Part shown: positions 39,863-54,050 of the stretch, one piece after another | How the letters are laid out: each line of letters starts with the position of its first letter | Numbering within the stretch: position 1 is the stretch's first letter | Assembly (NCBI RefSeq): GCF_001194135.2 | Contig: NC_068999.1 | Location: 23,583-87,582 of the forward strand | Reading direction: 5' to 3' | DNA length: 64,000 bases | Origin: Octopus bimaculoides | Lineage: Eukaryota | The notes under the pieces: generated by a model | The model's input: only the letters and a program-made list of their open reading frames with translations | Told to the model about the DNA's origin: nothing | Database searches by the model: none | Position numbers and translations under genes: made by a program

Positions 39863-40286
39863 AAAATATAAAATAATTATGTATGAATTATATATGTACA
39901 TATGTATATACTAATATATATATATCTTTCATTAATTTAATATTTTTTATTTATATTCGATTAAATTTATAAATTTATATAAATATATGTATATATTCAT
40001 TTCTATATATTTATACACACACACGCACACACACACACGCATGTATATGTATATATATATATATANNNNNNNNNNNNNNNNNNNNNNNNNNNNNNNNNNN
40101 NNNNNNNNNNNNNNNNNNNNNNNNNNNNNNNNNNNNNNNNNNNNNNNNNNNNNNNNNNNNNNNNNNNNNNNNNNNNNNNNNNNNNNNNNNNNNNNNNNNN
40201 NNNNNNNNNNNNNNNNNNNNNNNNNNNNNNNNNNNNNNNNNNNNNNNNNNNNNNNNNNNNNNNNNNNNNNNNNNNNNNNNNNNNNN

Positions 40287-40319
<33 letters not shown>

Positions 40320-41034
40320 CATACATACCTCCCAACCCAAGATAGTTATTAAATAATTACTTTGTGATATTCATCCAAATTTTAATGATAAGCTAGCAGA
40401 AAATGAAGGAGATTATTACGATACTAGTTATCCTAATCTCTTAATCTTTTCATTAATCTATTCCAGGATTCTCGTTAAGTTCCTTTATTTACAAACTATT
40501 TTCTGCAGGAAATGTTCTGTAACTAATTATTGTATTCTTTCCTTTTTTCCTTTTTCATTTCTGTCTTTAGTTAATTAAAATCATAATGTCCGCTATGTTT
40601 TTCTTCTTCATATGTAATTATTGGCCGCCATTTCTTTTTTCGCCTCGCCATGTAAATCATAATTGCTTTGTATTATATAATAGCGTTTTTTTGTTTATAT
40701 TGTGTGGTTTGTTACTTGAATTGCGGTGGTTAATGGATTGAGTAAAGGACTGGGAACAGAGGGTAGGAAGAGATGCGTTTATCGATGTGCGGAGACGGAG
40801 AGAAGGTTTCTGTTCACTGTTGGTCGATTTTACTTCAATTACAGCACTAATTGCTTTGGGAAAGGCATGAAATCCAGTCCTTCATAATCACACAGACTCG
40901 CGCAGTCAGATGTATATCGTAAAATACTCGCATGCACATATGCATATGTATACATAAAAATATGTAACAACAGAGGCACACATTCACACACCTATACACA
41001 GAAGTCACTCGTGAATACATGTATATAAATATGC

Positions 41035-41081
<47 letters not shown>

Positions 41082-41084
41082 TCA

Positions 41085-41215
41085 CAAAGACATGGACAAA
41101 AATTTTCACCCTTCCAACTGAGAACAGAATAATTGTTTCAGATACTATAGGCATTTCAAAGGGAATATTCCAGGGAGATAGTCTTTCTGTACTTCTTTTC
41201 ATTTCAGTCACAAGT
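41085..41215 (+). mobile_element. Internal RT fragment of an R4/Dong-like LINE
   Basis: RIIVSDTIGISKGIFQGDSLSVLLFIS parallels the RT segment at 35300-35400. Confidence 0.7.
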
Positions 41216-41964
41216 CTGTGGTTGGCTCAGGGCAATAGTAGAAAACACTTGCCATGCAGAGAGTTTGAGCGTGGAACCATGTGGTTGGGTAGCAAACGTC
41301 TCAACCACACAGTCATTCTTGCACCTAATGGTTGTGTGTTTGTGTGTGTATGTTTACATTTGTTGTTAAATCGAGTAATGTGTCCTGCTATGTCTCAAAG
41401 TTAGCAGTTCATCAAGCAGAGATCTATAAAATAAATGCCAGATTGAAATATGTACTGAGGTCACTAAGATCAATAAAATTTTTGAAGGNNNNNNNNNNNN
41501 NNNNNNNNNNNNNNNNNNNNNNNNNNNNNNNNNNNNNNNNNNNNNNNNNNNNNNNNNNNNNNNNNNNNNNNNNNNNNNNNNNNNNNNNNNNNNNNNNNNN
41601 NNNNNNNNNNNNNNNNNNNNNNNNNNNNNNNNNNNNNNNNNNNNNNNNNNNNNNNNNNNNNNNNNNNNNNNNNNNNNNNNNNNNNNNNNNNNNNNNNNNN
41701 NNNNNNNNNNNNNNNNNNNNNNNNNNNNNNNNNNNNNNNNNNNNNNNNNNNNNNNNNNNNNNNNNNNNNNNNNNNNNNNNNNNNNNNNNNNNNNNNNNNN
41801 NNNNNNNNNNNNNNNNNNNNNNNNNNNNNNNNNNNNNNNNNNNNNNNNNNNNNNNNNNNNNNNNNNNNNNNNNNNNNNNNNNNNNNNNNNNNNNNNNNNN
41901 NNNNNNNNNNNNNNNNNNNNNNNNNNNNNNNNNNNNNNNNNNNNNNNNNNNNNNNNNNNNNNNN

Positions 41965-42034
<70 letters not shown>

Positions 42035-44026
42035 GTATCTCTGTGTTAACTCGAGCTACTGCAAATAGCTGCTAAATCTCTCTTAAAACACACCTTTTCA
42101 TCAAAAGAAAGACAGATATACAGTATTTCAGGAAGGAAAAAAAAACCAAAACCTATGCTATGGCTCATCTACATCAGAGGAAACTCTGGGTTAAACAAAA
42201 GACAAACATACTTCACATTCAAGGATTATCACGTTAAAGGATTATCTACCAAATAATAATACTAACAAAGTTGGCGGCAGATCTTCGAAGTTTCGTTCCC
42301 TGGTAAAACTCTATGGATTTTAAACATTTTCTCATTATGCGCTGTCATATATATATATATATGTAAATGTTTGTGCGTCTGTGTTTGTCTCCCCACCATC
42401 GTTTGACAGCCGGTGTTGGTGTGTTTACGTTTCCGTATCCTAGCGGTTCAGCAAAGAGACCGATAGGATAAGTACTAGGCTGACAAAGAACTAAAGGTGC
42501 TGATGCAGCATGGTTGCTGTCAAATGGCTGAAACAAATGAAAGAATGAAAGTATATATTCTTTCATTTTCATTTCCCCCCCCCCCCTCTCTCTCTCTCTC
42601 TCNNNNNNNNNNNNNNNNNNNNNNNNNNNNNNNNNNNNNNNNNNNNNNNNNNNNNNNNNNNNNNNNNNNNNNNNNNNNNNNNNNNNNNNNNNNNNNNNNN
42701 NNNNNNNNNNNNNNNNNNNNNNNNNNNNNNNNNNNNNNNNNNNNNNNNNNNNNNNNNNNNNNNNNNNNNNNNNNNNNNNNNNNNNNNNNNNNNNNNNNNN
42801 NNNNNNNNNNNNNNNNNNNNNNNNNNNNNNNNNNNNNNNNNNNNNNNNNNNNNNNNNNNNNNNNNNNNNNNNNNNNNNNNNNNNNNNNNNNNNNNNNNNN
42901 NNNNNNNNNNNNNNNNNNNNNNNNNNNNNNNNNNNNNNNNNNNNNNNNNNNNNNNNNNNNNNNNNNNNNNNNNNNNNNNNNNNNNNNNNNNNNNNNNNNN
43001 NNNNNNNNNNNNNNNNNNNNNNNNNNNNNNNNNNNNNNNNNNNNNNNNNNNNNNNNNNNNNNNNNNNNNNNNNNNNNNNNNNNNNNNNNNNNNNNNNNNN
43101 NNNNNNNNNNNNNNNNNNNNNNNNNNNNNNNNNNNNNNNNNNNNNNNNNNNNNNNNNNNNNNNNNNNNNNNNNNNNNNNNNNNNNNNNNNNNNNNNNNNN
43201 NNNNNNNNNNNNNNNNNNNNNNNNNNNNNNNNNNNNNNNNNNNNNNNNNNNNNNNNNNNNNNNNNNNNNNNNNNNNNNNNNNNNNNNNNNNNNNNNNNNT
43301 ATATATACACATACACTCACACACACACAGATTCATAAATGTATCTATATACAGGAATTTATATGAATACATATACATTACACACACATAAACACTCACA
43401 CACACTCACACACACACACACACACATATATATATACAGAAAGATACATACATATATATAGTAATATTGAACTCCCATTGGATTGAGTAGTCTTTGTATT
43501 GGCTTTTACGCAGCTAATTTCTTTTATGTGTGTGTGAGAGAGAGAGAGAGTATATATCATACACACGCTGACACACACACTTGTATCTATATTTGTGTTA
43601 GTGTACACATATACATACAAGCATACATACATACACACACGAATATACACACGAATATATATATGTATGTATCTATGTATACACACCTATATACATCCAC
43701 ATGCATACACACACAGAATTTGACTTTGAAGCAATGCTTAATAGAAAATAGAGAGCGGTTGGTGTCGGTGGATGTTAGTTGCATGGTTCAACAACTAAAG
43801 CTTCCAACGTGTTGACTTCGTAACCTAATTTCCCAAAAATATTCATGTTTCTTATAATAGGGCAGATGCTACTTTTAAAGGTCCCTCTTTGAAACCGATT
43901 TATTCTGCATGTCCTGTAACTGAACGTACATCGTCTTTTGCCTTTGAGCTACTGAGAAAGAGGTGGACATCAAACATGCACATGCACATTTTTTTTTATG
44001 TGTATTTTTTAATACATATATGTAGT

Positions 44027-44075
<49 letters not shown>

Positions 44076-44961
44076 NNNNNNNNNNNNNNNNNNNNNNNNN
44101 NNNNNNNNNNNNNNNNNNNNNNNNNNNNNNNNNNNNNNNNNNNNNNNNNNNNNNNNNNNNNNNNNNNNNNNNNNNNNNNNNNNNNNNNNNNNNNNNNNNN
44201 NNNNNNNNNNNNNNNNNNNNNNNNNNNNNNNNNNNNNNNNNNNNNNNNNNNNNNNNNNNNNNNNNNNNNNNNNNNNNNNNNNNNNNNNNNNNNNNNNNNN
44301 NNNNNNNNNNNNNNNNNNNNNNNNNNNNNNNNNNNNNNNNNNNNNNNNNNNNNNNNNNNNNNNNNNNNNNNNNNNNNNNNNNNNNNNNNNNNNNNNNNNN
44401 NNNNNNNNNNNNNNNNNNNNNNNNNNNNNNNNNNNNNNNNNNNNNNNNNNNNNNNNNNNNNNNNNNNNNNNNNNNNNNNNNNNNNNNNNNNNNNNNNNNN
44501 NNNNNNNNNNNNNNNNNNNNNNNNNNNNNNNNNNNNNNNNNNNNNNNNNNNNNNNNNNNNNNNNNNNNNNNNNNNNNNNNNNNNNNNNNNNNNNNNNNNN
44601 NNNNNNNNNNNNNNNNNNNNNNNNNNNNNNNNNNNNNNNNNNNNNNNNNNNNNNNNNNNNNNNNNNNNNNNNNNNNNNNNNNNNNNNNNNNNNNNNNNNN
44701 NNNNNNNNNNNNNNNNNNNNNNNNNNNNNNNNNTTAATCAACGGAATACAGTGTCTGCAAGTTGATGAGTACCTCATATTCCCCTCCATTTTCTTATTGT
44801 TATATAAATTTAGGGTTAAAAATAAAAAACCTTTTACCCGCACCGACTTATTGCACCTAGTATAACACTAGTGTAACAATAATTGGGTACCCTCCCAGCA
44901 GTATATTGGATAGATACTATCCCTTAGTGGGTTGAATCCTCAACCCCTAACTCTCTTGGAT

Positions 44962-44995
<34 letters not shown>

Positions 44996-45585
44996 TGCAT
45001 GTGTATGTATATTTATACATGTGTGTGTATATACGGCAGTCTTTCGGTTTCCGTCTACCAAATCCACTCACAAGGTATTGGTCGGCCCAGGGCTACGTTG
45101 GTAAATCTAAATATATTAGTATAGACATGCATATATACATACAAAATGCATGAACACACACACGCATGCACACACGCGCGCGCACAAACAATCTCTCTTT
45201 CTCTCTCCCACACACACACGTATATAAATATAATTACGTTTTCGTCTTTTAGTCACAGCAGTGTGGCCATGCCGGGCCGTCACCTGGATGGGTTTTCGTG
45301 GAGTCCGGCACTTATTTTATGCCGGATAATAATTCTAAAATTCGGGCATGAACTTACATGTATACACAAATAAGAATATTCATATACACATGCGTACAAT
45401 AATGCACATACTCACACATACATTATTGCATTTTCTCGGTGCGTGTGAGAGTATTTTTCTGTGTTAACATGTGTGTGTAGATTTCACACACATGCATAGA
45501 TATTTACACATGCATATATGCATGTATCTACATGAACACATCAATATACATGCATATATATATACATACATATATGCATATGTAC

Positions 45586-45624
<39 letters not shown>

Positions 45625-45920
45625 TATGTGCATATGTACGTATATATACACACACACACACACATGTATATATATACACACACACGCATACACATACACA
45701 CATATATATGCACATACAAGCATACACAAATATATACATATATACATACATATATATGTATATTTTTCAAGTAGAATTTTGTTCTTTTTTCAGCTCCGAC
45801 AACAGCTGATGTCTGGCATTGCAGCTTTTCTATGCTTTGTTATGTATGTATGTATGTGTGTGCATGTTAGTATATGTATATATGTACACGCACACAAGCA
45901 TATATATACATACATACATA

Positions 45921-45962
<42 letters not shown>

Positions 45963-47425
45963 NNNNNNNNNNNNNNNNNNNNNNNNNNNNNNNNNNNNNN
46001 NNNNNNNNNNNNNNNNNNNNNNNNNNNNNNNNNNNNNNNNNNNNNNNNNNNNNNNNNNNNNNNNNNNNNNNNNNNNNNNNNNNNNNNNNNNNNNNNNNNN
46101 NNNNNNNNNNNNNNNNNNNNNNNNNNNNNNNNNNNNNNNNNNNNNNNNNNNNNNNNNNNNNNNNNNNNNNNNNNNNNNNNNNNNNNNNNNNNNNNNNNNN
46201 NNNNNNNNNNNNNNNNNNNNNNNNNNNNNNNNNNNNNNNNNNNNNNNNNNNNNNNNNNNNNNNNNNNNNNNNNNNNNNNNNNNNNNNNNNNNNNNNNNNN
46301 NNNNNNNNNNNNNNNNNNNNNNNNNNNNNNNNNNNNNNNNNNNNNNNNNNNNNNNNNNNNNNNNNNNNNNNNNNNNNNNNNNNNNNNNNNNNNNNNNNNN
46401 NNNNNNNNNNNNNNNNNNNNNNNNNNNNNNNNNNNNNNNNNNNNNNNNNNNNNNNNNNNNNNNNNNNNNNNNNNNNNNNNNNNNNNNNNNNNNNNNNNNN
46501 NNNNNNNNNNNNNNNNNNNNNNNNNNNNNNNNNNNNNNNNNNNNNNNNNNNNNNNNNNNNNNNNNNNNNNNNNNNNNNNNNNNNNNNNNNNNNNNNNNNN
46601 NNNNNNNNNNNNNNNNNNNNNNNNNNNNNNNNGTGTGTGTGCATGGTTTGGTGGTTTATCTGTTAGTGTGTGTGTGTGTGTGTGTGTATGATGTAGTGGA
46701 AGAAATTAGTAGCAGGACTGGTTAGTGGACGCTGTAGACAGTGTAGGTAGAAGGTCAACAGGTGGTTGTTTGGGTGTGTGTGTGTTCGTGTTTGTGTGGG
46801 GTTGTCGGTGTTAGGTACGTGTACGTGTGTGTGTGTATTTTGTATGTGCGCGTGTGTGTATGTGTATGTTTTCTGTGCGTGCGTGTGTGTTTGTGTGTAT
46901 GTGTATGTTGTGTGTATATATATATATATACACTCACACACACACGCGCGCGCACACACACAGACTTGTCCTGGCACTAGTCTGTGAAATAAGGTGTTCT
47001 GCTGAAGCAGCAGAAATTTTCTGCGGTTTCTTCCTCCTTTACTCCTCTCCCCAACACCACTTCGCCTCCCATGCCTTCTTTCATTCTTCCATTCCCCAAC
47101 CACTCCCTCTCTACTCCCCACCCGATCTTCCTACCCCCCCCCCATTCGTTATGATATCATTAAACTCTTATACACACGTGCTGCGAGCACAAACATCTGT
47201 TGAAAGACCCACTCCAATCTACCCATAGACCTCAATCCCCCCCCCCCCAGTTCACAGCTATACACCCACTCTCTCACTCTTTCTCTCACTGTACACGTGT
47301 GTGTATGTATGTATGTAGGTAGTCAGGTATGTATGTAGTTAGGTAGGTAAGTAGGTAGTTAGGTATCTATGTAAGTATGCGTACGTATGTATGCATGTAT
47401 GTGTGCATATATACATATGTACACA

Positions 47426-47600
47426 GGCGCAGGAGTGGCTATGTGGTAAGATCTTTCCTTCCCAGCCACATGCCTTTGGGTTCATTCCCCTAGCATGACA
47501 ACTTGGGCAAGTGTCTTCTACTTTAGCATCGGCCAACTAAGCCCACTGAGCGGATTTTGTAGACGAATACTTGAAAGAACGTCGTGTGCGCGCGCGTGTC
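47426..47600 (+). mobile_element. Family B SINE, 5' half
   Basis: ggcgcaggagtggctatgtggtaag...acttgggcaagtgtcttctac. Confidence 0.8.
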
Positions 47601-47625
47601 TATCTATATATCCATCTATCTATAC

Positions 47626-48607
47626 TCTTTTACTTGTTTCAGACATTTGGCTGCGACCATACTGAAGCACCGCCTTGAAGCTTTCTTTTAGTCGAACAAA
47701 TCGACCCCAAGACTTATTTTTTAAGCCAAGTATTTATTCTGTGACATGCCTTTGTCGAACCGCTAGTTTACGGGGACGTGGACACACAGAAACTAGTCAA
47801 GCGGTGGTGGTGGTGTGGGGATAAATACAAACACAAANNNNNNNNNNNNNNNNNNNNNNNNNNNNNNNNNNNNNNNNNNNNNNNNNNNNNNNNNNNNNNN
47901 NNNNNNNNNNNNNNNNNNNNNNNNNNNNNNNNNNNNNNNNNNNNNNNNNNNNNNNNNNNNNNNNNNNNNNNNNNNNNNNNNNNNNNNNNNNNNNNNNNNN
48001 NNNNNNNNNNNNNNNNNNNNNNNNNNNNNNNNNNNNNNNNNNNNNNNNNNNNNNNNNNNNNNNNNNNNNNNNNNNNNNNNNNNNNNNNNNNNNNNNNNNN
48101 NNNNNNNNNNNNNNNNNNNNNNNNNNNNNNNNNNNNNNNNNNNNNNNNNNNNNNNNNNNNNNNNNNNNNNNNNNNNNNNNNNNNNNNNNNNNNNNNNNNN
48201 NNNNNNNNNNNNNNNNNNNNNNNNNNNNNNNNNNNNNNNNNNNNNNNNNNNNNNNNNNNNNNNNNNNNNNNNNNNNNNNNNNNNNNNNNNNNNNNNNNNN
48301 NNNNNNNNNNNNNNNNNNNNNNNNNNNNNNNNNNNNNNNNNNNNNNNNNNNNNNNNNNNNNNNNNNNNNNNNNNNNNNNNNNNNNNNNNNNNNNNNNNNN
48401 NNNNNNNNNNNNNNNNNNNNNNNNNNNNNNNNNNNNNNNNNNNNNNNNNNNNNNNNNNNNNNNNNNACAGGTTTCTTTTAGTTTCCGTCTACCACATCCA
48501 ATCAGGACTTTGGTCGGCTCGAGGCTACAGTAGAAGACACTTGCACAAGGTGCCACGCAGTGGTACTGAACTTGGAACCGTGTGGTAGGGGAGCAAGCTT
48601 CTTACCA
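47626..48607 (-). mobile_element. Family B SINE split by an assembly gap at its internal microsatellite
   Basis: 3' half at 47626-47837 and 5' half at 48468-48607, with the gap exactly at the internal repeat position. Confidence 0.8.
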
Positions 48608-48649
48608 CACACACACACACACACAAGTTGCGATGGGTTGATTGTAATC

Positions 48650-49850
48650 ACTTTATATTTTTTAATTTCACGCATTGTTTTTTTTTATTTTGTCGACTAC
48701 ACAGTATAGTAGGGTCAGTTGGGCACCGTCTGTGAGAAAAACAGTACCATGACACAATTTACTCAGTCAGAAATTTGGAAACGACATACTATACTGCTCG
48801 GTATTCACGTCGGAAGCTCCAATACGAACATTTCAGAGTGTTTGGGTGTCAATCTGAGGACAGTGCAGAGGATTCGGAAAGAGTTGGAGGAGTGTAACGG
48901 TGATTACGAAGGTAGGGCAGCTCGGAAATCTCACTCTGATTGTTCTGATAAGAAAAGAACTCCTTAATTTGTTGGTGAGATCCTGGCCATGATTGACAGC
49001 GATCCTTCCAAGTCAATCAGGTCCAATACCAGGGATATAGGAGTGTCTGAGTTTCTTATCAGGCAAGTAGTGCATGAAGACATTCAGTATCCCTCAAAGG
49101 GCCAATTATTATCTCAAGCCATCAAGAACGCTACGAAGATTTCGAACAAATTCAAGCATCCCCTCCAACCGAACATGCTTTGGCTTGTCTCAGACGAGAA
49201 AAATTCCTGCCAGGATTCGATGGTGTCCCAAAACATATACCGAGAGTGATAAAAATCAAACATCAAGTCAACATCAAGGTGCTTGTGGTCACTATTGATG
49301 GCGACGTTATACCTCCATTCATTTTTCCACACGGCCTCAAACTCAACACAGAGGTCTACACCCTGGAGAAGGTAGTATGGCCCTGGGTCAAGAGGGTGGC
49401 TGCTGGAAGGCCTTATGTCTGGCAACAGGACTCTGCCCTATGTCACACAAACAAGAGAACCCAGTCATGGGTCTCACACAATTTGGGCGACCACATCGCC
49501 CTAAGATCTGGCCACATTACTCACCAGACTGCAACCCCCTTGATTATTATGTATGGGACACAGTTGAATGAGAGACCAAAAAAACTATTTGTAACATGAA
49601 AGATGAACTGAAGGCAAGGATTATGGCAGCATTCGTAAACTTAAACAAGGAGACCGTCCAGAAGAGTTGCAGGAGATACTGAAGTCGTCTGGAGGCTGTG
49701 GTTGAAGCCAACGGCGATTTTATTGAATAAATTTAATCTGTAGTATCTCAAGATATTTTAATGTAATTTTGGTAAATATATCTGTTAATATATGTCAGAG
49801 TTAATTTCATGTTTGCGTAATTTAGACGATAATTTATTTATCCTAAATAT
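48650..49850 (+). mobile_element. Degenerate Tc1/mariner DD37D (maT-like) transposon
   Basis: HTH region (GVNLRTVQRIRKEL; DPSKSIRS) and catalytic motifs SDEK, WQQDS and WPHYSPDCNPLDYYVW. Restoring a 1-bp deletion gives 37 residues between the second and third D. Multiple stops; no 5' TIR found. Confidence 0.9.
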
Positions 49851-49860
49851 ACATATACAT

Positions 49861-49903
<43 letters not shown>

Positions 49904-50785
49904 NNNNNNNNNNCTTGGCTGAAACACATACATAAATACATACATACATAAATATATGTATATATGAACATATATATATACATATACATATATGAACATA
50001 TATATATATACACATTTACATATGTGTATATATAAACATATATATATATACACATATACATAAATGTATATATTAATATATATATATATATATATATATA
50101 CACGTATACATATATGTATATGTAAACATATATATACACATATACATATATGTATATGTAAACATATATATATATATATACACACACATATACATATATA
50201 TATATATTATTTCATAGTGCTGGCATATCTTTGAGTGTATATAGGTCCCAACTCGTGTCTATGAATATATTTCTTCTTAGTATGAACTGGGCAGCCAGAG
50301 ACAATACGATTTATTGATTCTTTATTATTATTATTATTATTTATTGTCTTTGCGCAGCTTCTATCGCTAGAGATGTACTATGGTGCCAGCTGTTCACTAG
50401 CAGTGAACTAAGGTTATTATTATCATCATAATTATTAAGTTTGGAAAAAAATTGTATAACTTACGATTTGCACCAGAATCTGGCATTAGTAAAAGACGCT
50501 GTGGCACACCGCCTCTCTTTTCTCTTGATGTTTCTAATGCCTAACAGTGTGTGTGTGTGTGTGTTTGTGTATATATATATACAAGTAAATATATGTGTGT
50601 ATGTATGTACACACATACACTCACACACATGCATATAGACATATGTGTGAGTGTGTGTGAGTCTGTGTGTTTGTGCATATGTGTGTATACACAAGATTGT
50701 GTACGAGAGAGTTTTTGTTCACATTACAAAAATATTTGTGAAATTGAGAAGTCAATAGAATGATGTATATATAAAGTTTCACTAA

Positions 50786-50827
<42 letters not shown>

Positions 50828-50829
50828 GT

Positions 50830-52060
50830 TATTCAATAGTCTTATTTTTATCACGTGCTTTCCCTGTACTACCGAGCGCAGCTCTGTGTACCTTGAGTAT
50901 GTACTATGGTTTGTTCTAGTTTTGTTATTTTCACTATTGAAAGTGTTTTACGTAGGATGTGTGCAGTGCCTAATAGTGCTATTTTCATTCTGTTATATGT
51001 ATATATTCGTAAGTCTTAGTGTTTTGGTCATGTATTTGTCTGTATGTTTGCTAATCATATCCAATGCACACCTATTATTATGAGTATTGTTTCTGTTTTT
51101 AGGCTCCACATTCGGGTTATCTCCATTTCCAGAGCTTTGCATTTTGAGAGTTTCTCTGTTTCTTTTAGAGATACATTGTCATCTGTTGGAATTGATAGGT
51201 CGATTAGAAGGCATATTTTGTTATGATCCCTGACAACTATATCCGCTCCATTAGCTTCGATCTCATTATTTGTGCGTATTAGCATATCGCAGAGTATTGT
51301 TACTTTCTCATTTTCTGATACCTTTTCTGGGGTGTGCCAATACCATCGTTTTTCTGTTGTCATTCCATAGTGCTGGCATAGCTGCCGATGTAAATAGGTT
51401 CCAACTCTATCATGTGTGGATATATTCCTTCTTAGCCAGGATTGGGCAGTCAGCGACAGTATGACTATCCCCCCCCCAAAAAAAAAAAATTGCTGCCCTT
51501 GTGGCAAAATTTGAAATCATTATCATTATTGCTATTGTTGTTGTTAAGGCAGCGCATTGGTTGAGTTTCTAGAGTGCCAGAAAATGCTTTGTTGGTATTT
51601 CTTCTGGCTCTTTACATTCCAGAGTCCAAATCCTGCGGAAGTCAAATTTGTTTTTCCTCTCTGGTGGTAGTGACGGTGGTGGGTGATATGCTCCATGATG
51701 CTCCCTGGTCTTTTAGTTTGTTTGTTTCACAGTGGAACTGACCATGTAATCCCATATGGAGTAGGGTTTCTTCTCTCTCGTTGGCTGTTCTTGTTCGGAA
51801 TTCAAGAGCTCTCTCAAGTCTATTTTTGTTAACTCCTTCCGCGCTAGCAGCATACTTTAGCAGGTCTTGTTTGCTGTTTACCAAATATTCTGCCATGTTT
51901 CTTCTTGCACTGTTGATGCACTCCCGTACACTAATCAGCCCACGTTCACTCTTACCTCTCTTCGTTTAGAGCCTGTGTACATTTGCCTTAGGGTGGAGGG
52001 CACCACGCATTGTCATTGTCTTTTGGGTAATGCGTTCGAGTTGGTCAATCTTCGCTTGTG
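50830..52060 (-). mobile_element. R4/Dong-clade LINE 3' region interrupted by a SINE (51460-51660)
   Basis: HDRVGTYLHRQLCQHY, KVTILCDMLIRT..ADIVVRD..CLLIDLSIPTD, LHGQF. The 3' UTR is shared with 52293-52645 and 56250-56495 and abuts an (ATT)n tract. Confidence 0.85.
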
Positions 52061-52079
52061 TCCATTATTGTTGTTGTTG

Positions 52080-52110
<31 letters not shown>

Positions 52111-52292
52111 TAATAATAACAACAACAGCAATAATAATTATAATAATCTTTTCTACTGGAGGCACAAGGCTCAGATATATGTGGTGGGGATTAGTCGATT
52201 ACATCGATCCCAGTTTTTCACTGGTACTTAATTTATCGACCCTGAAAGTGTCAGGCAAAGTCGACCTCGGGGGAATTTTAACTCAGAGCGTA

Positions 52293-52645
52293 GACAATGT
52301 TTCTCTAAAAGAAACGGAGCGACTTTCAAAATGCAAGGATCTGGAAATAGAGGTAACTCGAATGTAGAACCTAAAAACAAAAACAATTCCTATCATACGG
52401 CGCGCATTAGGTATAATAAAAAATGTTCAGACAAATACATAACAAAATCACCAGGATTAACAAGTATATATAACATACAGAAAATTGCACTACTAGGCAC
52501 CGTGCACATCCTACGTAAAACACTTTCAATACAGTGAAAATAAGAGCACCACAACAAACCACAACACATACGTAAGTCACGCAGAGCTGCGCTCGGAAGT
52601 GCAGTGGAAGCACGCGATAAAAATAAGACCACTGAACAATAACAA
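52293..52645 (+). mobile_element. 5'-truncated R4/Dong 3' end
   Basis: DNVSLKETERLSKCKDLEIEVTRM...IQKIALLGTVHILRKTLSIQ* plus a 3' UTR; inverted relative to the 50830 copy. Confidence 0.85.
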
Positions 52646-52649
52646 TGGT

Positions 52650-52848
52650 TTCAAATCTCCCGCAAAGGCAGCAATTTTGGTGGAGGGGCCTAGTCGACCC
52701 CATTGTTCAGCTAGTACTTATTTTATCGACCTGAAAGGATGAAAGCAAAGTCGACCTCGGTGGAATTTGAACTCAGAACGTAGCAGCAGATGAAATACCG
52801 CTGAGCATTTTGCCTGGTGTGCTAACGATTCTGCCAGCTCGCCGCCTT
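52650..52848 (-). mobile_element. Family A SINE (further copies near 16010-16195, 18060-18170, 28245-28590, 52145-52292, 53370-53680, 54060-54180, 56085-56212, 58945-59330)
   Basis: gaaagcaaagtcgacctcggtggaatttgaactcagaacgtagc...ctgccagctcgccgcctt followed by (AAT)n. Confidence 0.85.
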
Positions 52849-52849
52849 A

Positions 52850-52935
<86 letters not shown>

Positions 52936-53689
52936 GAAGAAGAAGAAGAAGTTTAACGGTGTTGATAAAATAACACACCGGTTTGTACCGGGGTAGAATC
53001 AATGGCCTCATGTCTATTTGGGTGAGTGAACACTCGATTGATACAACCTGAGTACATAACCGGTATTGAACCAGTGGAAGGATCAGTGTGCGAACATGTC
53101 CCATTAAAATACATTCCATGTATTTGGAAGGAGCCATATCAGTGAGATATGGTTGACCACGTTCTATATAGGTATCATAATGAAGTACAGTTCTTGTGGT
53201 TGTAAGCAGGTACCACACTTAGATACGGCCGACCTATTTGTATCATGGGGTGGTAAAGGGCAAAAGATTTACGCACTTGGAGTATGGAGGAGTGAGACAA
53301 TTTACTATTGTGTGATACTGTCTATGTAGCTGCATGTAGGTACTACATGCTGGTAGAACTCATTACTGTTGTGAAGTGTTTGTTCCGGATCTTTACGTTT
53401 GAGTCCAAATCCGGCTGAAGCCAACTTTGTCTTTCATCCTTCTGGGATCAATAAAATCAAACACCAACTTAGAACGTTGGGAAAAACGCTTTTGCAGTTT
53501 TTACGTTCAAATCCAGCCGGGGTTAACTTTACCTTTAACCCATCTGGGGCCGGTAAAACCAAATATCAACCCAGGATTGATGGAACTGTGGGAGAGTCGA
53601 ACAAAATTCTTTGCGGTATTTGTTCCGGTTCCTTACGATTTGAGTTCGCTTGCGATGACACTGCTGTTACCCACCTTGCACAATATCGT

Positions 53690-54050
53690 TGGTGTGGAAA
53701 TAGGGGACAGATACTATATGAGTACCTGTTGGTTGTCTACGAGAGGAGGATGGTGGTAACAATGAAGTACATATTATCTAGCTGTATGTAGATACCACAC
53801 AGTGACATAGGGACCTCGGTGAGGTAGAGTCCAGCTAGCTGTATGCAGGTTTCATATTGAAGCACAGTCCACGTAGATGTATGTAAGTATCACAGTGCGG
53901 CTCACTTATCTCTAAATAAGTATCATATTGAGATGCAGTGCATGTAGTTGGAAGTAGGTATCGCAGTGAGGTACAGGCCACATAGCTGTATGCAGGTACC
54001 ATGGTGAAGCACATGCCACGTAGCTGTATGAAAGTAGCACAATGTGACAT
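53690..54050. repeat. Decayed ~38-bp minisatellite (related units at 53130-53370), interrupted by SINE A fragments
   Basis: Units such as gtagctgtatgcaggtaccatggtgaagcacatgccac recur at 33-38 bp spacing. Confidence 0.6.
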
